Shown in pieces: positions 1 through 12,644 of a stretch of 64,000 nt of DNA. Location of the stretch: NCBI RefSeq assembly GCF_018977255.1, contig NW_024704742.1, positions 22,074,001 through 22,138,000 on the forward strand. The letters run 5' to 3'. The notes below the pieces were generated by a model that was given only the letters and a program-made list of their open reading frames with translations, searched no databases and was not told the origin of the DNA. The DNA comes from Callorhinchus milii (Eukaryota). A program made the position numbers and the translations under genes. How positions within the stretch are numbered: position 1 is the first letter of the stretch; each line of letters starts with the position of its first letter.

Positions 1-651
1 CAGAGACAGTCTCACTATCAGGGCCACATTTACAAATTAAAGGGGTGACATTAATAGTGTTTCATAAAGTCTTCAATGTGATAATTATCTCAGCTCATAC
101 ATTGTTTGAGAATACCGATGGCAGGTAAGAATTTCATGATGGGCCACAATAGACATGTAGGCGAAACACAGCAGCCAATTTGCTAATACTGTAAATGTGA
201 AGTAAAAACAGAAAATGTACTGTGAATGCAATTAGTGATTTACATTTTCTGTAACTTTTTCCTAATGTCTTTGTCCTATCCTGTTTAAAGAAGCTGTTCT
301 AATCTTTTGGTTCCAGTTCAGATGAAAGAATGAAACACTTTCCTTTTCAGATTCTGATATATAATATATAATAACATATATAATAATTCTTACATTTGCA
401 TTTAGTGTGGTGCCTTTCATGTCGGGGGATGTCTCAAAGCGCTTCACAGGAATTACTGTACAGTACAGCAATTTTCCTGATAAATCGACAATGTATTTTC
501 CTGATTTTATTTCAGCATCAACAACCACCACTTGTATAGCACCTTTCACATGAAATAAATGTCTCAAAGTGTTTTACAAAATAAGATTGATTAGAAATTA
601 AGTGCATGTTATATCTGGCGTGCAACAAATTCTACACTTATTGAAACCCCT

Positions 652-1028
652 GGAGCTCAGTGGTTAGAGCTCTCGTCTCACAAGCGAGAGTCCTGGGTTC
701 GATCCCGGGCAGGGCAAAACATTGGGCAAGTTTCCTTACTCCACATGCCTCTGTTTATCCAGCAATTAGTGGGAACCCAGTTGTTAGTCGATTTGGCGGA
801 TCACTTTTCCGGGGGTAGTAATTCTTTTTAAAAAAATAATAAATCGGTCGCTCGATCCACGACCGTTCATGGGACACTGCTGTGCGCAATTGGCTGCCGC
901 GTTTCGCCCACAAAATACACTTGTCAATTCGCCTTACAGTGTATCCTGTGAAGCGCTTTGAGACGTCGAGAAGACAGGATAAGGCGCTGTATCAAATGCA
1001 AAAGGATTATTGTTATTGTTATCATTAT
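652..1028 (+). mobile_element. tRNA-derived DeuSINE-type SINE, long variant with internal segment
   Basis: Pol III A box AGCTCAGTGGTTAGAGC and B box GGTTCGATCCC; central GGGACACTGCTGTGCGCAATTGGCTGCCGCGTTTCGCCCACA domain; L2-like tail AAGCGCTTTGAGACGTC...AAATGCAAAAGG followed by (ATT)n. Many similar copies in the window. Confidence 0.85.
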
Positions 1029-1282
1029 CCGCGTCACAGAAGGCATCGCACCGACGTGGCCTGGACCGATCATCACCTGCCATGAAAACAACGGCGCACC
1101 CCCACCACCCCACCCCCGATCCTCTGGACGTACAGTTAAAACGCTTGCGCTGAACGCAGCGGAAGGTACTTTCAAATACAATGATCATCATCGTTCTTGC
1201 GCGCGTTTCAGTTATTGGGGCCACTGGAGAGAGAGAGAGAGACAGAGAGAGACAGAAAATGGGGGTAACAAGACTTTGTGAG

Positions 1283-1483
1283 CAGACGGACAGACACAGA
1301 CACAGACAGACGGACGGACGGACGGACGGACGGACACAGACAGACGGACAGACACAGACAGACGGACGGACGGACGGACGAACCGACAGACAGACAGACG
1401 GACAGACGGACAGACACAGACAGACAGACAGAGACAGACGGACAGACACAGACAGACAGACACAGACAGACAGACAGACAGAC

Positions 1484-1561
<78 letters not shown>

Positions 1562-1729
1562 GGACACACGGACACAGAGAGAGAGACAGACAGACAGACA
1601 CAGACAGACAGACGGACAGAGTCACAGACAGACGGACAGATGGACAGACACAGACAGACACACACAGACAGACAGACAGACACAGACAGACGGACAGACA
1701 CAGACAGACGGACAGACAGACAGACAGAC

Positions 1730-1772
<43 letters not shown>

Positions 1773-2046
1773 CAGACAGACAGACAGACACAGACACAGA
1801 CACAGACAGACACAGACAGACAGACACAGACAGACGGACAGACACAGACACAGACAGACACAGACAGACAGACACAGACAGACGGACAGACACAGACAGA
1901 CGGACAGACACAGACAGACAGACAGACGGACAGACACAGACAGACGGACAGACACAAACAGACAGACAGACACAGACAGACACAGACAGACAGACAGACA
2001 CAGACAGACACAGACAGACAGACAGACAGACACAGACAGACAGACA
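1283..2046. repeat. Compound (GACA)n/(GACG)n/(GACACA)n microsatellite, about 760 bp
   Basis: Directly visible. It produces the repetitive QTDR/SVCL ORFs in the track. Confidence 0.97.
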
Positions 2047-2099
2047 ATTGACCCAAGAGAAGGGGAGGTATTTGGGTGTTTGGTGTTTGGGTGTTTTGA

Positions 2100-3500
2100 A
2101 CACTCGCAACGCTAAAAAAAAAAGCTCGGCCCCGCCCCCCCCCCGCCCACTCCCCGCCGGGACGCCGTAGTGACGTCCCGCAGTCTCGCGCACGCGCGGG
2201 GTGGTGGTGGTGGTGGGGCGCGGAGAGAGAGACAGAGAGAGAGAGAGAGGACCGCCCACCGCAGGCGATTGGCTCTCAGACGGAACAGCGGCCGAGTTTG
2301 TGAATGAGCCGCCGGCGGAGCGCGAGGAGAGGAGAGGAGAGACCGCGAGGCCGCGCTGCCGCCCCCCCCCCCCCCCCCGTGTGTGTGTGTGTGTGGACTG
2401 AGCCGCTGTGGGAGCCGCCGCCGCCGCTGCTGTTGCTGCTGATATTCGGGAGTTTCAAAGAGAGAGAGAGAGAGAGGGGGGTTTTTACACACACACACGC
2501 GCGCGCGCGCGGGAGAGGCCTGTCCGAGCCGAGCCGCCCACTGCTGAGCGAAGGTATTGGGGGGAGAAGGAAGTGCGGGGTGTGGGGCAGAGCGGTGCGG
2601 GGGGGGGAGTGAGGGGGGGGGGGAGTGAGGGGGGGGGGAGTGAGGGGGGGGGGGAGTGGGGGGGGGGAGGAGTGAGGGGGGGGAGTGAGGGGAGGAGTGA
2701 GGGGAGGAGTGAGGGGGGGGGAGTGAGGGGGGGGGAGGAGTGGGGGGGGGGGGAGTGAGGGGGGGAGTGAGGGGAGGAGTGGGGGGGGGGGAGTGAGGGG
2801 GGGGAGGAGTGAGGGGGGGGAGTGAGGGAGGGGGGGAGGGGGGGAGGAGTGGGGGGGGGGTTGGGCTGCTTCTTGCTGGGGGGGGAGCCCTGGAGCAGCA
2901 GGAGGAGGGGCCATTTTCAGCCCCTCCAGCCCGTTCTGCCCCGACAGCCTACCCCCAGGGGTCAGGGCCTGACCCCCACTCCCCGCCCGTGTGACCCTCC
3001 GCTCGCCGTGACCCGGGCGGGGACCGGGGTCTGCCCCGCGGCAAAGCAGACGCGCCGGACGAGCGGCGACGTTGGCCTCTCGCGCGGTACGTTTCTTTTG
3101 ATTCTGCGGGTTTTTGTTTTGCCTCCTTTTTTTTGGGGGGGGGTTGGGGTGGGGGGGCTGCGGGGGGGGTGGGGGGGGGTAGTCCTGCAGCTCAGTGGTG
3201 AGAGCGCTCGCCTCGCCAGCGAGAGACCCCGGTTTGGATTCCCGACAGGGAGAAACCTCCGGCGGGTTTCCTCGCTCCACGCGCCCGGTAACAATCCCTC
3301 AAGAAGAAGAAAAAAAAAGAACGATAATTGGGGGCCGCTCAATCCGCGACTGTTCGGCGGGACCCTGCCGTGCGCAATCCATCGCCGGCCGAGCTTCGCC
3401 CACAAAAACATGCGGACGATGCACTTTTGCCGTAGATTCTGTGAAGCGCTTTTGAGACGTCTGAACCGTGTGATAAGGCGCGATGTCAAATGCCAATTTT
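2100..3500 (+). promoter_or_regulatory. LSM6: CpG island / LSM6 promoter with probable non-coding exon 1 ending near 2553
   Basis: Very high GC and CpG against an AT-rich, CpG-poor background. GC boxes at about 2130-2160, CRE-like TGACGTC at 2171, GATTGG (CCAAT) near 2267, YY1-like GCCATTTT near 2910. Candidate donor AAG|GTATTG at 2553/2554. Lies about 2 kb upstream of the LSM6 ATG. Confidence 0.75.
2597..2860 (+). repeat. G-rich minisatellite (G5-10 AGTGA / GGAGGAGT units)
   Basis: Repeated long G runs separated by AGTGA or AGGAGT, directly visible. Confidence 0.92.
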
Positions 3501-3505
3501 GCATC
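3178..3505 (+). mobile_element. tRNA-derived SINE, GC-enriched copy inside the CpG island
   Basis: GTCCTGCAGCTCAGTGGTGAGAGCGCTCG head, collinear with the copy at 15920; tail GTGAAGCGCTTTTGAGACGTC...GATAAGGCGC. Confidence 0.8.
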
Positions 3506-4613
3506 GCAAGTTGTTGTGGTCACTCTTTGGAGTGTATACCTTCTGTACTTTTTTTTTAAAAAGTGCTATGCAACAGTGAGGAAGGGAGTTTGTTCACACG
3601 CACACACACACACACACACCAGCATCAATTGATAACAGGAGAAAAGGGTGAACAAAGTAGTACGGAAGGAATATATTATGTCATCTCAATCTATTCCTAT
3701 GCATCTCTCTGCAGCAGCAATAACAACTTGCATTTATTTAGCACTCGTGCTTCTCGGAGACCAACTCATGAGCTTTGTTGGTAGATGTGATGTTGTACGA
3801 TGCCTCCAACCTATCCCTTGGTTGAGGAATAGGAGAGTTTAACAAAGATAAAGCGTTGGTAAAATCTGTTCTGTAAACGTTGATGCGTGTGGGAGGCTTG
3901 ATAATCTTTCAAGTGAGAAGAAAGCGAATAATAGTTTGTCTTGTGCTGTGAACAACTAATGTTCTCCCATCCTTCACATGTTTTTTTTTCCGTTCAGTGG
4001 ATGTTGCTGCATTGTTAGCCTCTGATGCAGAAGAGTAATGTCTCTTACTGGAGACTTTATTGTGTCTATCGCTATCACAGCATCACTCTTGAGAAATAAG
4101 ATCAGGTTGTTTCCAGCAGCCTGCCCTCATTAAAGCAGTGGCCCTGGTGGAGTAACAAGAGCACACCAATCTATATGCAAAGAGTTTTGCTGCTGTGCAA
4201 AGACCAAATTTCTATCAAGCTGCTTGACATTTTGTCATTTCCATACATGTATAAAGTTGCGCACTTGGGCCAGGAAACATGTCCCAACATAAGGGCAGAC
4301 TGGACTTAATGTGATCATGGATGCTGACCAAACGTTTATGGAATGTGTTTTGTATCAGATTTGTATGATACTATATGGCTTTATGTAAAATGCCTCATAA
4401 TTTGCTCTTGCTTGTAGTCCTTCTGTAGGAAACGCTCACAAGCATTAACTCAAGGTTGATTATCATTTGATCATTCTGCTAGATCCTAATTTGGTGACTG
4501 AGAGCTTTTGTACGTGAAGAGATCTATTTTGAATTTCTGCTGGTTAAGTTGGGAATGTTTTTACTGAGAAAGTCTTTGTATTCTTCTGCAGCTTAATAGA
4601 CTAAAGGAGGAAA

Positions 4614-4707
4614 ATGAGTCTGCGGAAACAGACGCCCAGTGACTTTCTAAAACAGATCATTGGAAGACCAGTGGTCGTCAAACTAAACTCGGGCGTGGAT
4701 TATCGAG
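4614..4707 (+). CDS. LSM6: U6 snRNA-associated Sm-like protein LSm6, coding exon 1
   Basis: ATG at 4614 gives MSLRKQTPSDFLKQIIGRPVVVKLNSGVDYR plus one G; 94 nt; donor G|GTAATG, phase 1. Recognisable LSm6 N-terminus. Confidence 0.97.
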
Positions 4708-5701
4708 GTAATGTCTTTTGGGTAGATTCCTAAATATTCTCAGTGTACAAGGACTTATGTTGTTCATTTTAAATGTAAAATGCTGTTTAAACATCATTTC
4801 ATTTAAGCCTGTGATCCAGCCCATCATTTAGTTTATCCCAAAATGGGATATTGAAATATTTTGAACATATATAAATTTAATCTAGTATAATTGAATGTTC
4901 TTATTGCTATTCCCGACCCAATTGTCCAGCGCCTTTGGATGTCCTCCCGACGTGAAAGGCGCTTGTATAAATGCAATCATGTTGTTGTTGTATTCTCAGT
5001 CAGTGCTTGCCACGTAGAACAACACAACTGATGTTTGTATTTTTGCTACTCTTTGGTTGAGATTATAAATGAAAAACTGTCTTCCACATTCTTGAAATTA
5101 TGATTTTTGTTGGTAATTTTAAAAAAATGTTTTCTTAACTTGGGTTTGGATTCCAACTCCAAACTCCCCTGGGGATAGTAGGTCATTTTCTAATTCTCTG
5201 GGACTGCTCTGTGACCAGCTGCCTGGAGACTGCAGCTAAACTTTTTCATGTATTACTTTCTTCCTCATCCTTTCCAACCTTTCTCCCCTTCCCCAAAGGC
5301 ACAGCGCACTTCACTTACATGTATGGTTCCAAATATTGGGTGAAGGGAGAATTCATTTCATCAAAGTGCCAGGTGACCCTGGGGCTCGAACCTGTGATAA
5401 ACTTCCTTCTTGAAATGGGGTATTGATTCCACTTTAACAGGTGGTTTCTCTGAGTGTCTTGTAAAGCAGCAGCTCTTACATTATGCCTTTGACATTGTGA
5501 CGTTACCCAAGGGATAGTGGTCTTGCATTACCGGCACTCGCTGAAGATAGCATAATCCAGGTGGGAAACATGACAGTCCAGTAATCCACTTTGTTCCCAA
5601 TATATACAGATTACCATATTGTGCATAACAGTATTTTAGCCAATGAGATTCAGTCCTGGGTTATAAGGTGGGTCATTTACCATGTACCTTGCACTTCCCA
5701 G

Positions 5702-5815
5702 GGGTCCTGGCGTGTCTGGATGGATACATGAATATAGCATTGGAGCAGACAGAAGAATATGTAAATGGTCAACTGAAGAACAAGTACGGTGATGCCTTTA
5801 TTCGAGGCAACAATG
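5702..5815 (+). CDS. LSM6: LSm6 coding exon 2
   Basis: Acceptor CTTCCCAG|; encodes GVLACLDGYMNIALEQTEEYVNGQLKNKYGDAFIRGNN (Sm motifs); 114 nt; donor G|GTAAG. Confidence 0.97.
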
Positions 5816-6204
5816 GTAAGGTCTCTCCATAAAAGCATTAAACTACCTTTTGTTTAAAGGCATGTTTAACTAATAGCACCATGTATAACTAGTAGTACAA
5901 TTTAAATCAATGGATAACTAAGAGTGCAGTTTAAAGGTATCTATAACAGGTAGTGCAGTTTTAACACTGTATAACTAATGATTCAGTTTTCATTGGAAAA
6001 CTTGTTTCTGGATCCATCAACAATTTCATAATAGTTTGTTACATTGTGGAATTTGCAAACCTGTTTTTTTTTCTCTCTTGCCAACATGGCTGGCATATGT
6101 GGATATCTTAAGTCGGAAGTTGTATTGATTTCTAATAAATTTCTTCGTGTTTGCATTTATCTGAAACTTGGGAACATTTACACCGTTTTCCCTTTCTCTT
6201 TCAG

Positions 6205-6239
6205 TGTTGTATATAAGCACACAGAAGAGGAGACTATGA
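6205..6239 (+). CDS. LSM6: LSm6 final coding exon
   Basis: Acceptor TTTCTCTTTCAG|; encodes VLYISTQKRRL then TGA. Exon total 94+114+35 = 243 nt = 80 aa plus stop. Confidence 0.97.
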
Positions 6240-6600
6240 AGACTTTTTGCACCATCAGTTTTGTTTTGGATTATTTTTGTGTTGGGTGTGGAATAAGCTC
6301 TAGTTCCTTACACCTTTGACATCTTCTGGATAAAAACAATGTATGTGATTTTTTTTGTGTGTGCAGTAAATGTCTTGGATTTGAAAGCCTTTTTTTTTTG
6401 CATTTTCTTAACTATTTGGTTGTCTCGTTTTATTTTGAAACGTATTTGTTACGGGAGTAAGTAACAGTAATGATGCACAACACAGATGAGATGCCGCACA
6501 GGTAGAGCTGAACCTCTGTATTGTATTAGGGTAAATGGGTAACTTGTTTCTTAGAGAAGTTAATTTGCTTTGCTAAACTTGTAGTGAAGACATAGCACCA

Positions 6601-6606
6601 AATAAA
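6601..6606 (+). terminator. LSM6: Candidate LSM6 polyadenylation signal AATAAA
   Basis: Canonical AATAAA about 360 nt after the stop codon, following a U-rich 3' UTR. Confidence 0.5.
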
Positions 6607-8769
6607 AGGATTGATTTACACGTCTCATTTTCTCACTTTAGATTCTGAATGTCGCAAATACACTCACAGCGACGTTTTACTGTATGAGCCTACTCTTTTA
6701 ATCCAGATACTTACACAAGGTTGCCTTGTATTTCCTGGTTTACTCAACACTATTGCGCCACCTCCAGCCAAAACAATGCAAGTTCATAAGAGGTTTGGAC
6801 AAAGAATGCTTTTGATCCATTTTATCTCATCTTGGTGAATTTGTGATAAATCAGGGGAAGTGGCTTGAGGGAGGGAGAGTTCAGGCCTACCATGATATGT
6901 TGCTGAGCATGCTATTAGACAAAGTTGGCTTCACACCGGCACCTGTTGTTGCCAAAGCCCCTCACATGAGCACCTGGAGCTGGTGCTGAGTAAGCCTGGT
7001 ACGGGGCATTGAACTTGGAGGTGAATAGCAAGTTAGCTGTCCTATAAAGGTCCTTCCACCACTCTCAAGGTAGATGTCTGCTAGATAACTGTGAGGAAAC
7101 TCAAGCTTGGGTAGACAGTTGCTGGGAGGTGTTACCTGGATTCTGAGTTTGTGAAATAGAGTACCTGGAATCCATCTTGATTAGTTTGCAGAGAGGTAAA
7201 CAACTGCTGCTTTAATTCCGCACCTCCAACTCGTGGAAGTATTCCTCACAGGGAAGGCAGGTGTGCCTGAGCTCTAGGCAGGACGATGGTGGCAAAGCTC
7301 TCACACATTTCATGCTAAACTGTGCTCACCAGAAAGCTTGCAAAGAATTCCCAGTATCTCCCATCCACCGAGTGAGGGCTCAAACCTGCGCTTGTTGGAT
7401 ATCAACTGACCAACTAGTGACTGGCTCCAAGGTGACGTGTTTGACAATGAAATGTTAAAATCAAGTCAATCCTCTGCTGCGATCTTGGTCATCTGATTCC
7501 CGAGCCAGGTAGTATTCCAGGGCACGGTAATAGCACATCAGCCAGCCTGAGTCAACAGCAGTACTTGGCGAGGCAGATCACAAGGGGAAAGGATTCCTCC
7601 CTCTCAGCTCTCGATAACCCTACAAGGCAAATCCCTAACGGCGAGAGTGGTCCTAGCTGGACAAGCAGCGAGAATCTTGCAAGAGAATACTTTCAATTGC
7701 AAACTATGTGTTTTTCGCAAGTTAAACTCCAACACACTTTGGAGTGGGGGGTCTCTAAGCCTTGGCTTGTGCCAACCTATGCCTAATACTTTCTAGAATT
7801 AGATAATTCCTCTGATAGCTTATCCGCTATTCTCTGTTACTCGGGATTCAATGCCGGTACTGCCAGTAAACACCGGTACCAGCACAGTAATTACACTTAG
7901 CTGTAAATTCCACCTCGCTGGACTGGATCTCCACCCCATTTGCTCTGACCAGTCAGGGTTTGGTGTATTCTAGGTTTACTTCAACCACCAATTGCCTTCT
8001 CCAAATATTTATCTGTTTTAAGGAGTTCATTGACATAGTCCACAAAATATACAGTCAATTCATTTTACAGTATATTCTGTAAAGCGCTTTGAGATATAAT
8101 GTCTCGCTTATATAGCAATATAAGGCGCTATATCAAATGCAAGGATTATTATTAAAGTGGTAACTGCAGATTTATTCCACAACTCCATTACCCCAGGGAG
8201 GAGGATTGCCAAGTTTATTCTAATCTCCAATTGGCTTGAGGCTTCTTTATTTAAACCTTCATCCTCTAGTTCTGTGCTTGGAATCAAATAGCTCACTTAC
8301 AGCCATGTCATCTATCTAGGGATTTTAAAGACTTTGATCAAGTTACCCCTCAAACTTTTGTTTCTCTAATAATGATAACAAATTCATTTTATGGCACCAC
8401 TGGGTTAAAATTATTCCTCATTAGTTGTAGTCTTGCGCATTGCATAGTTAATAAAGAGGACGAAAATGTGAGATTTGCAATGAGAATTTCTAAACTTTGA
8501 CTCCTCCTGGCAAATTGATATGGGTCACACTGACCCAGTCAGTGTGATGTACTATTGCCAGAGGGTTATTTGCAAAGTCCTTTTATGAATATCATATTTT
8601 TACTCCTAATATGCTTGCTATGAGTACTCTGAATTGCTGAGTGGGTAAATGGAACACCTCAAAGTTTTGAGTCTTGTCCCTATTACACAGTTAGGTGAAA
8701 GTTGGTTCTGATCTATCTCAGTTTGGTTCAGTTGGAAACACTCTTGCCTCTGAGTCTAGCCAGTTATTG

Positions 8770-9165
8770 TCTGGCTCCCTGTCGCCCAACAGATCGATTT
8801 CAAGATCCACACGCTCATTTTCAAATCCCTTCATGACCTGGCACCTCCCTACCTCTCCAATCTGCTCACCCCACAACCCGTGTCCTCCGCTCGATTAGCT
8901 CCGGCCTTCTGCATGTCCCTTGTGCCTTCCTTTCCACCATCGGTGACCACACTTTCAGCCACTATGCCCCCAAATTCTGAAACATTCTTCCTCTATCCCT
9001 CCATCTTGCCCCTTCCTTACTCATCTTCAGATCATGCCTGAAGACCTTCCTCTTCAGCCGTACCTACGGTCACCTCCCCCTGGCTTGGCATCGTGCTCCA
9101 CCACTGTCAAGCGCTGTGGAACACTACCCTGCATGAGGGGCCCTATATAAATGCAAGTTGTTGTT
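8770..9165 (+). mobile_element. Degenerate L2 LINE 3' fragment
   Basis: Similar to the 3' ends of the other L2 copies (GATTTCAAGATCC..., AAGACCTTCCTCTT..., TATAAATGCAAGTTGTTGTT tail). Confidence 0.7.
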
Positions 9166-10403
9166 GAGTCAGCAGGTTGTGGGTTCAAGCCCCAAGTAAG
9201 GGCTTTAAGCTCACAGTCTAGGCTGGCGCTTCCAGAGTAGTGCTGGAGGAGTGCTGTTTTATTAGCGGTCCCTCCAGGATGAGACGTTAATCCCGTGTGT
9301 TCAGATAGCTAATAACGATCTTACAGCACTACAGTATTTTAAAGGCAGGGAGTTTCTCCGAGTGTTTTTACCTCGATAAAAAAAAATTATTCACTTAACA
9401 CCTGTTTGTGGGTCATCGTGATACACAAATTGGCCTAACAAACATACAGTCACTACACTTAACAGAAATCTCTACAAGTCCTTTGAAATGTTTTGATGTA
9501 ATAAGGTTTTAGATCAAATGCAAGAATAATTCGTTTTTCCACTATGACGCAGACATAAGCACATTTCTTTTCATTACTAGCGACTTCCTTACACCTGTAG
9601 TTAACTCTACTGATCTATCACCAGCCATGTTTCATCCTGGTAGAAAAGAAGGGAAAAGGTTAGAATAAATGAAAAACATGAGGTAATGGACAATAGCAAT
9701 GATGTTCAGATGTGCATGGGGGCCTCTTGTTTGTTTTAGGCTTATATTGACGTGAGCAGCCGTATTACATGTGCACTTCTGGCCCCAAACAAATTTAACT
9801 GGACACACATCCATTATATATGGGTCAAATAGTCATGAATGGCTTGCTCTTGTCCTCTCACATACCATCCTATCGAACTGGAGAATTGTGGCAACAGCAG
9901 TCTGTCCTCACAACCATTTGTCACTTTAGTGACTTTTACAATGAAAATCTACTAAGGACGGACAAAATGCAAATGAGCCTGTGCAAACAATAAGGTAAAG
10001 GGGTTGTTGAAGCAGAAATTTGCTACTCTTCTTTTACCCAATCACAATGCAAATTGTGTGTTGTGTGAACATCCTGAGCAATCTGAAGCCTTTCTGACGT
10101 GGGAATCACTGCTTTGTTTTCAATTGGACTAAATAGTTACACAGTTCTACCATTCCTTCCTCTTGTCTGCTTGATCATACGCGAGAGTGCCACCTAACAT
10201 CGATCAATTAATTGGAAACCCCTGAGCTTGGGCCACCATACCCTGTCTCCAGTGACTGTTCTGCCCCCTCCAAGTTACTGTTGATGAGCCAGACTGGCTG
10301 GTCTGTCATCATCAGTGCCTTGGAGTACTGCAGACCCACCTGGCTCAGGTAACCGACCACCAAGACTGTCACAGAGGATTGACTGGATTCCTTTTCGTAA
10401 TCG

Positions 10404-10744
10404 GAAATGATTTGGTGCATTACTAAAAAGGTGCATTATTAGAAGAAATTAAATGTGCGATTTGGAGACAATATCAATCTAACATCCTCATCAGAATTTT
10501 ATCTTCGTCCCCTCCAATCTACACATACGCCGTCAAGAAAAAAGGGGACCTACCTCTTGACGGATGTGCGGCTTAGCTACTGAAACAATAATTCTCCTGT
10601 CCCGCAAGAACTAGCAATGGTGTGTGTGTCTGAGTTGCGGGGAGGGGTAAATTATGATGAGGCTTTTAAATTGATATTGCCCACAAAAGCGCATATTTAA
10701 TATCTTTGAATAACGCACCTTTTAATAATGCACCAAATGATTTC
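10404..10744. mobile_element. Foldback/MITE-like element with about 95-bp imperfect inverted arms
   Basis: 10404-10499 is the approximate reverse complement of 10649-10744. A further right-arm copy lies at about 11465-11620. Confidence 0.7.
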
Positions 10745-12107
10745 TGCATTGTTACTGATCATTGTTTGAACCAGCTCAATCCCTAGGAGACCTGAGTTGG
10801 AGGGTTGGGGAGGCAGACAACACATGGATTTTAAAAAATCCTATTCATAAGCAGAACAGCTCTTGACATAGTTGATATAAAAAAACCTGTACTGTGGGTT
10901 AGACAGATTTATGTTATGGAATATAAATAAGTATTATTTTCAGAAGTGTTGGCGGTGGTGTTTTGGAAAGGTTCTGAGTTAAAGAGAATCTCGCAACAGA
11001 GTAAACAGCTTCTAGGCTAGGAATGAAGAGCCTTCAGGAAGGACACAGTGAGATCAGGATCCAAACCAAGCCTTTCTTGTTTGCATTAGACAGATTAGAT
11101 AGAGGGGAAACTCCCTGCTTGTTGCTAATGGGATTAAAGAAAGAGGATGGTATCACAGAAGACCTCCTTGGTGTTAAAGCAACAGCTGCTGCACCTGCCA
11201 TTAGAGGAGAAAGTTTAGTCACTTCCTGGAGATGGGCCGCCCAGATCAGAAAGCTCTGTGGATGTTGTACGAATGGTTAATGCATAGGCCATCCCGGAGG
11301 AAAATGTATGCAAAGGTCAGTTAATTTTCCCAAATATTTATAAAGCAGGTTTCGTTGGAGATCAAGCTTTTTTGTTAAGAACTTTCTGACGCCTTGCAGG
11401 ACAGGATTGTTATTGTTTCAGCAGATTAGCCACACGTCCAGAGGCAGATCTCCTTTCTTCTGGACGCTGTGTGTGTCCGGGTTGGGGGTGGGGGGGGTGG
11501 TTGGAGAAACTATGACGACGATTTTAGATTGATATTATCTACAAAAACACGTCTTTAATTTTGTTCAATAATGCAATTTTTTGCAATGCACTAAATCACT
11601 TCTGCATTGTTACTAATCGTCTTGAAGTTGGTTTACACGATCGGTTCCTGGATGGCACTGTACCGTGACAGGAATTTTGCAATAGTCGTAACACAGTTGT
11701 TTGCTGATCTTATTTGTTAAGCTTCCAAACAGCTTCTCAAAGGCAATACTGCATAGTAAACAGTCTTCAGAAGGTCCGTCACAGTTAACGATCAGAGAAT
11801 GATGCAGTGAAAGAAAGAAGAAATAATTTTAATTTTATTGCAATTTACGACTTTGAAATGCCTCAAACTTTCATGTAATAATTACTATCAAAGATAGTAA
11901 CTCCTTTTGTGGGCAAGCTTGGCAGCTGCCTTGTATACAGCAAGCTATCATGGAGTGGATGACCAATTTATCTGGAGGCTGAAAGTGAATGAAGTGATCA
12001 CTTCTCGCATCTGTTGCGATGAAATGTAAGCCTTTGCCTGAAGACTGGCAGAAATATTACAGCAAAGGTTTGTGCTGCTGTGGACACGGCATTTGCTGCA
12101 TCAAAGT

Positions 12108-12510
12108 GTCAGCCTGACTCAGTTGGTTGCACTCTTGCCTGAGTCAGGAGGTTGTGAGTTCAAGTCATACATCAAGGCTTTGAGCTTATTGTCTTGGCTG
12201 ATACTCTGTTGCATTGTCAGAAGTGCCATTCTTCATAAGAAATATTAAACCGAGGTCCTGTGTGCTTGTTCGGGTTGCTGTTAAAGAATCTGTGGTATTA
12301 TTCAAAAAGGGAAGAGAGTTTCTCCTAGTATCCTGGCCAACAATCCTCCAAATAAAATTGGTCATGGCTGTTTGTGGGACACTGCCATGTGCAAAATTGA
12401 CTGCCATATTTGTCTGCAAACGTACATTCACTACACTTCACAGTATTTCCTGTGAAGAGGTTTGAGACAACGTGACAAGGCTCTATATCAAATTTAAGGA
12501 TTCTTATCAT
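12108..12510 (+). mobile_element. Older diverged tRNA-derived DeuSINE-like element
   Basis: tRNA-like head (CTCAGTTGGTTGCACTCTTGCCTGAGTCAGGAGGTTGTGAGTTCAAG), Deu-like GTTTGTGGGACACTGCCATGTGC block and the shared tail. Confidence 0.6.
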
Positions 12511-12644
12511 CAAGGGTGTATTCAGATACCCAAGGAAAGCGTTGCTTACTTGGAGGTCTTGAAGTAGATTAGTAAGTTGGGGGATCTGGAAACTCGTGTT
12601 GGCAGGTTGTAATGAGTGGAGATTAATAGTTTAAAAAATAAACA

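Noticed and set aside
934..2259. Long ORFs of 250-440 aa on both strands (SVCL/QTDR repeats)
   Set aside because: Translations of the GACA microsatellite, which lacks stop codons; no protein-like complexity.
2276..3559. Pro-rich and Gly-rich ORFs (334 aa, 245 aa and others)
   Set aside because: Arise from the CpG island, G-run minisatellite and a SINE; stop codons are rare in GC-rich DNA.
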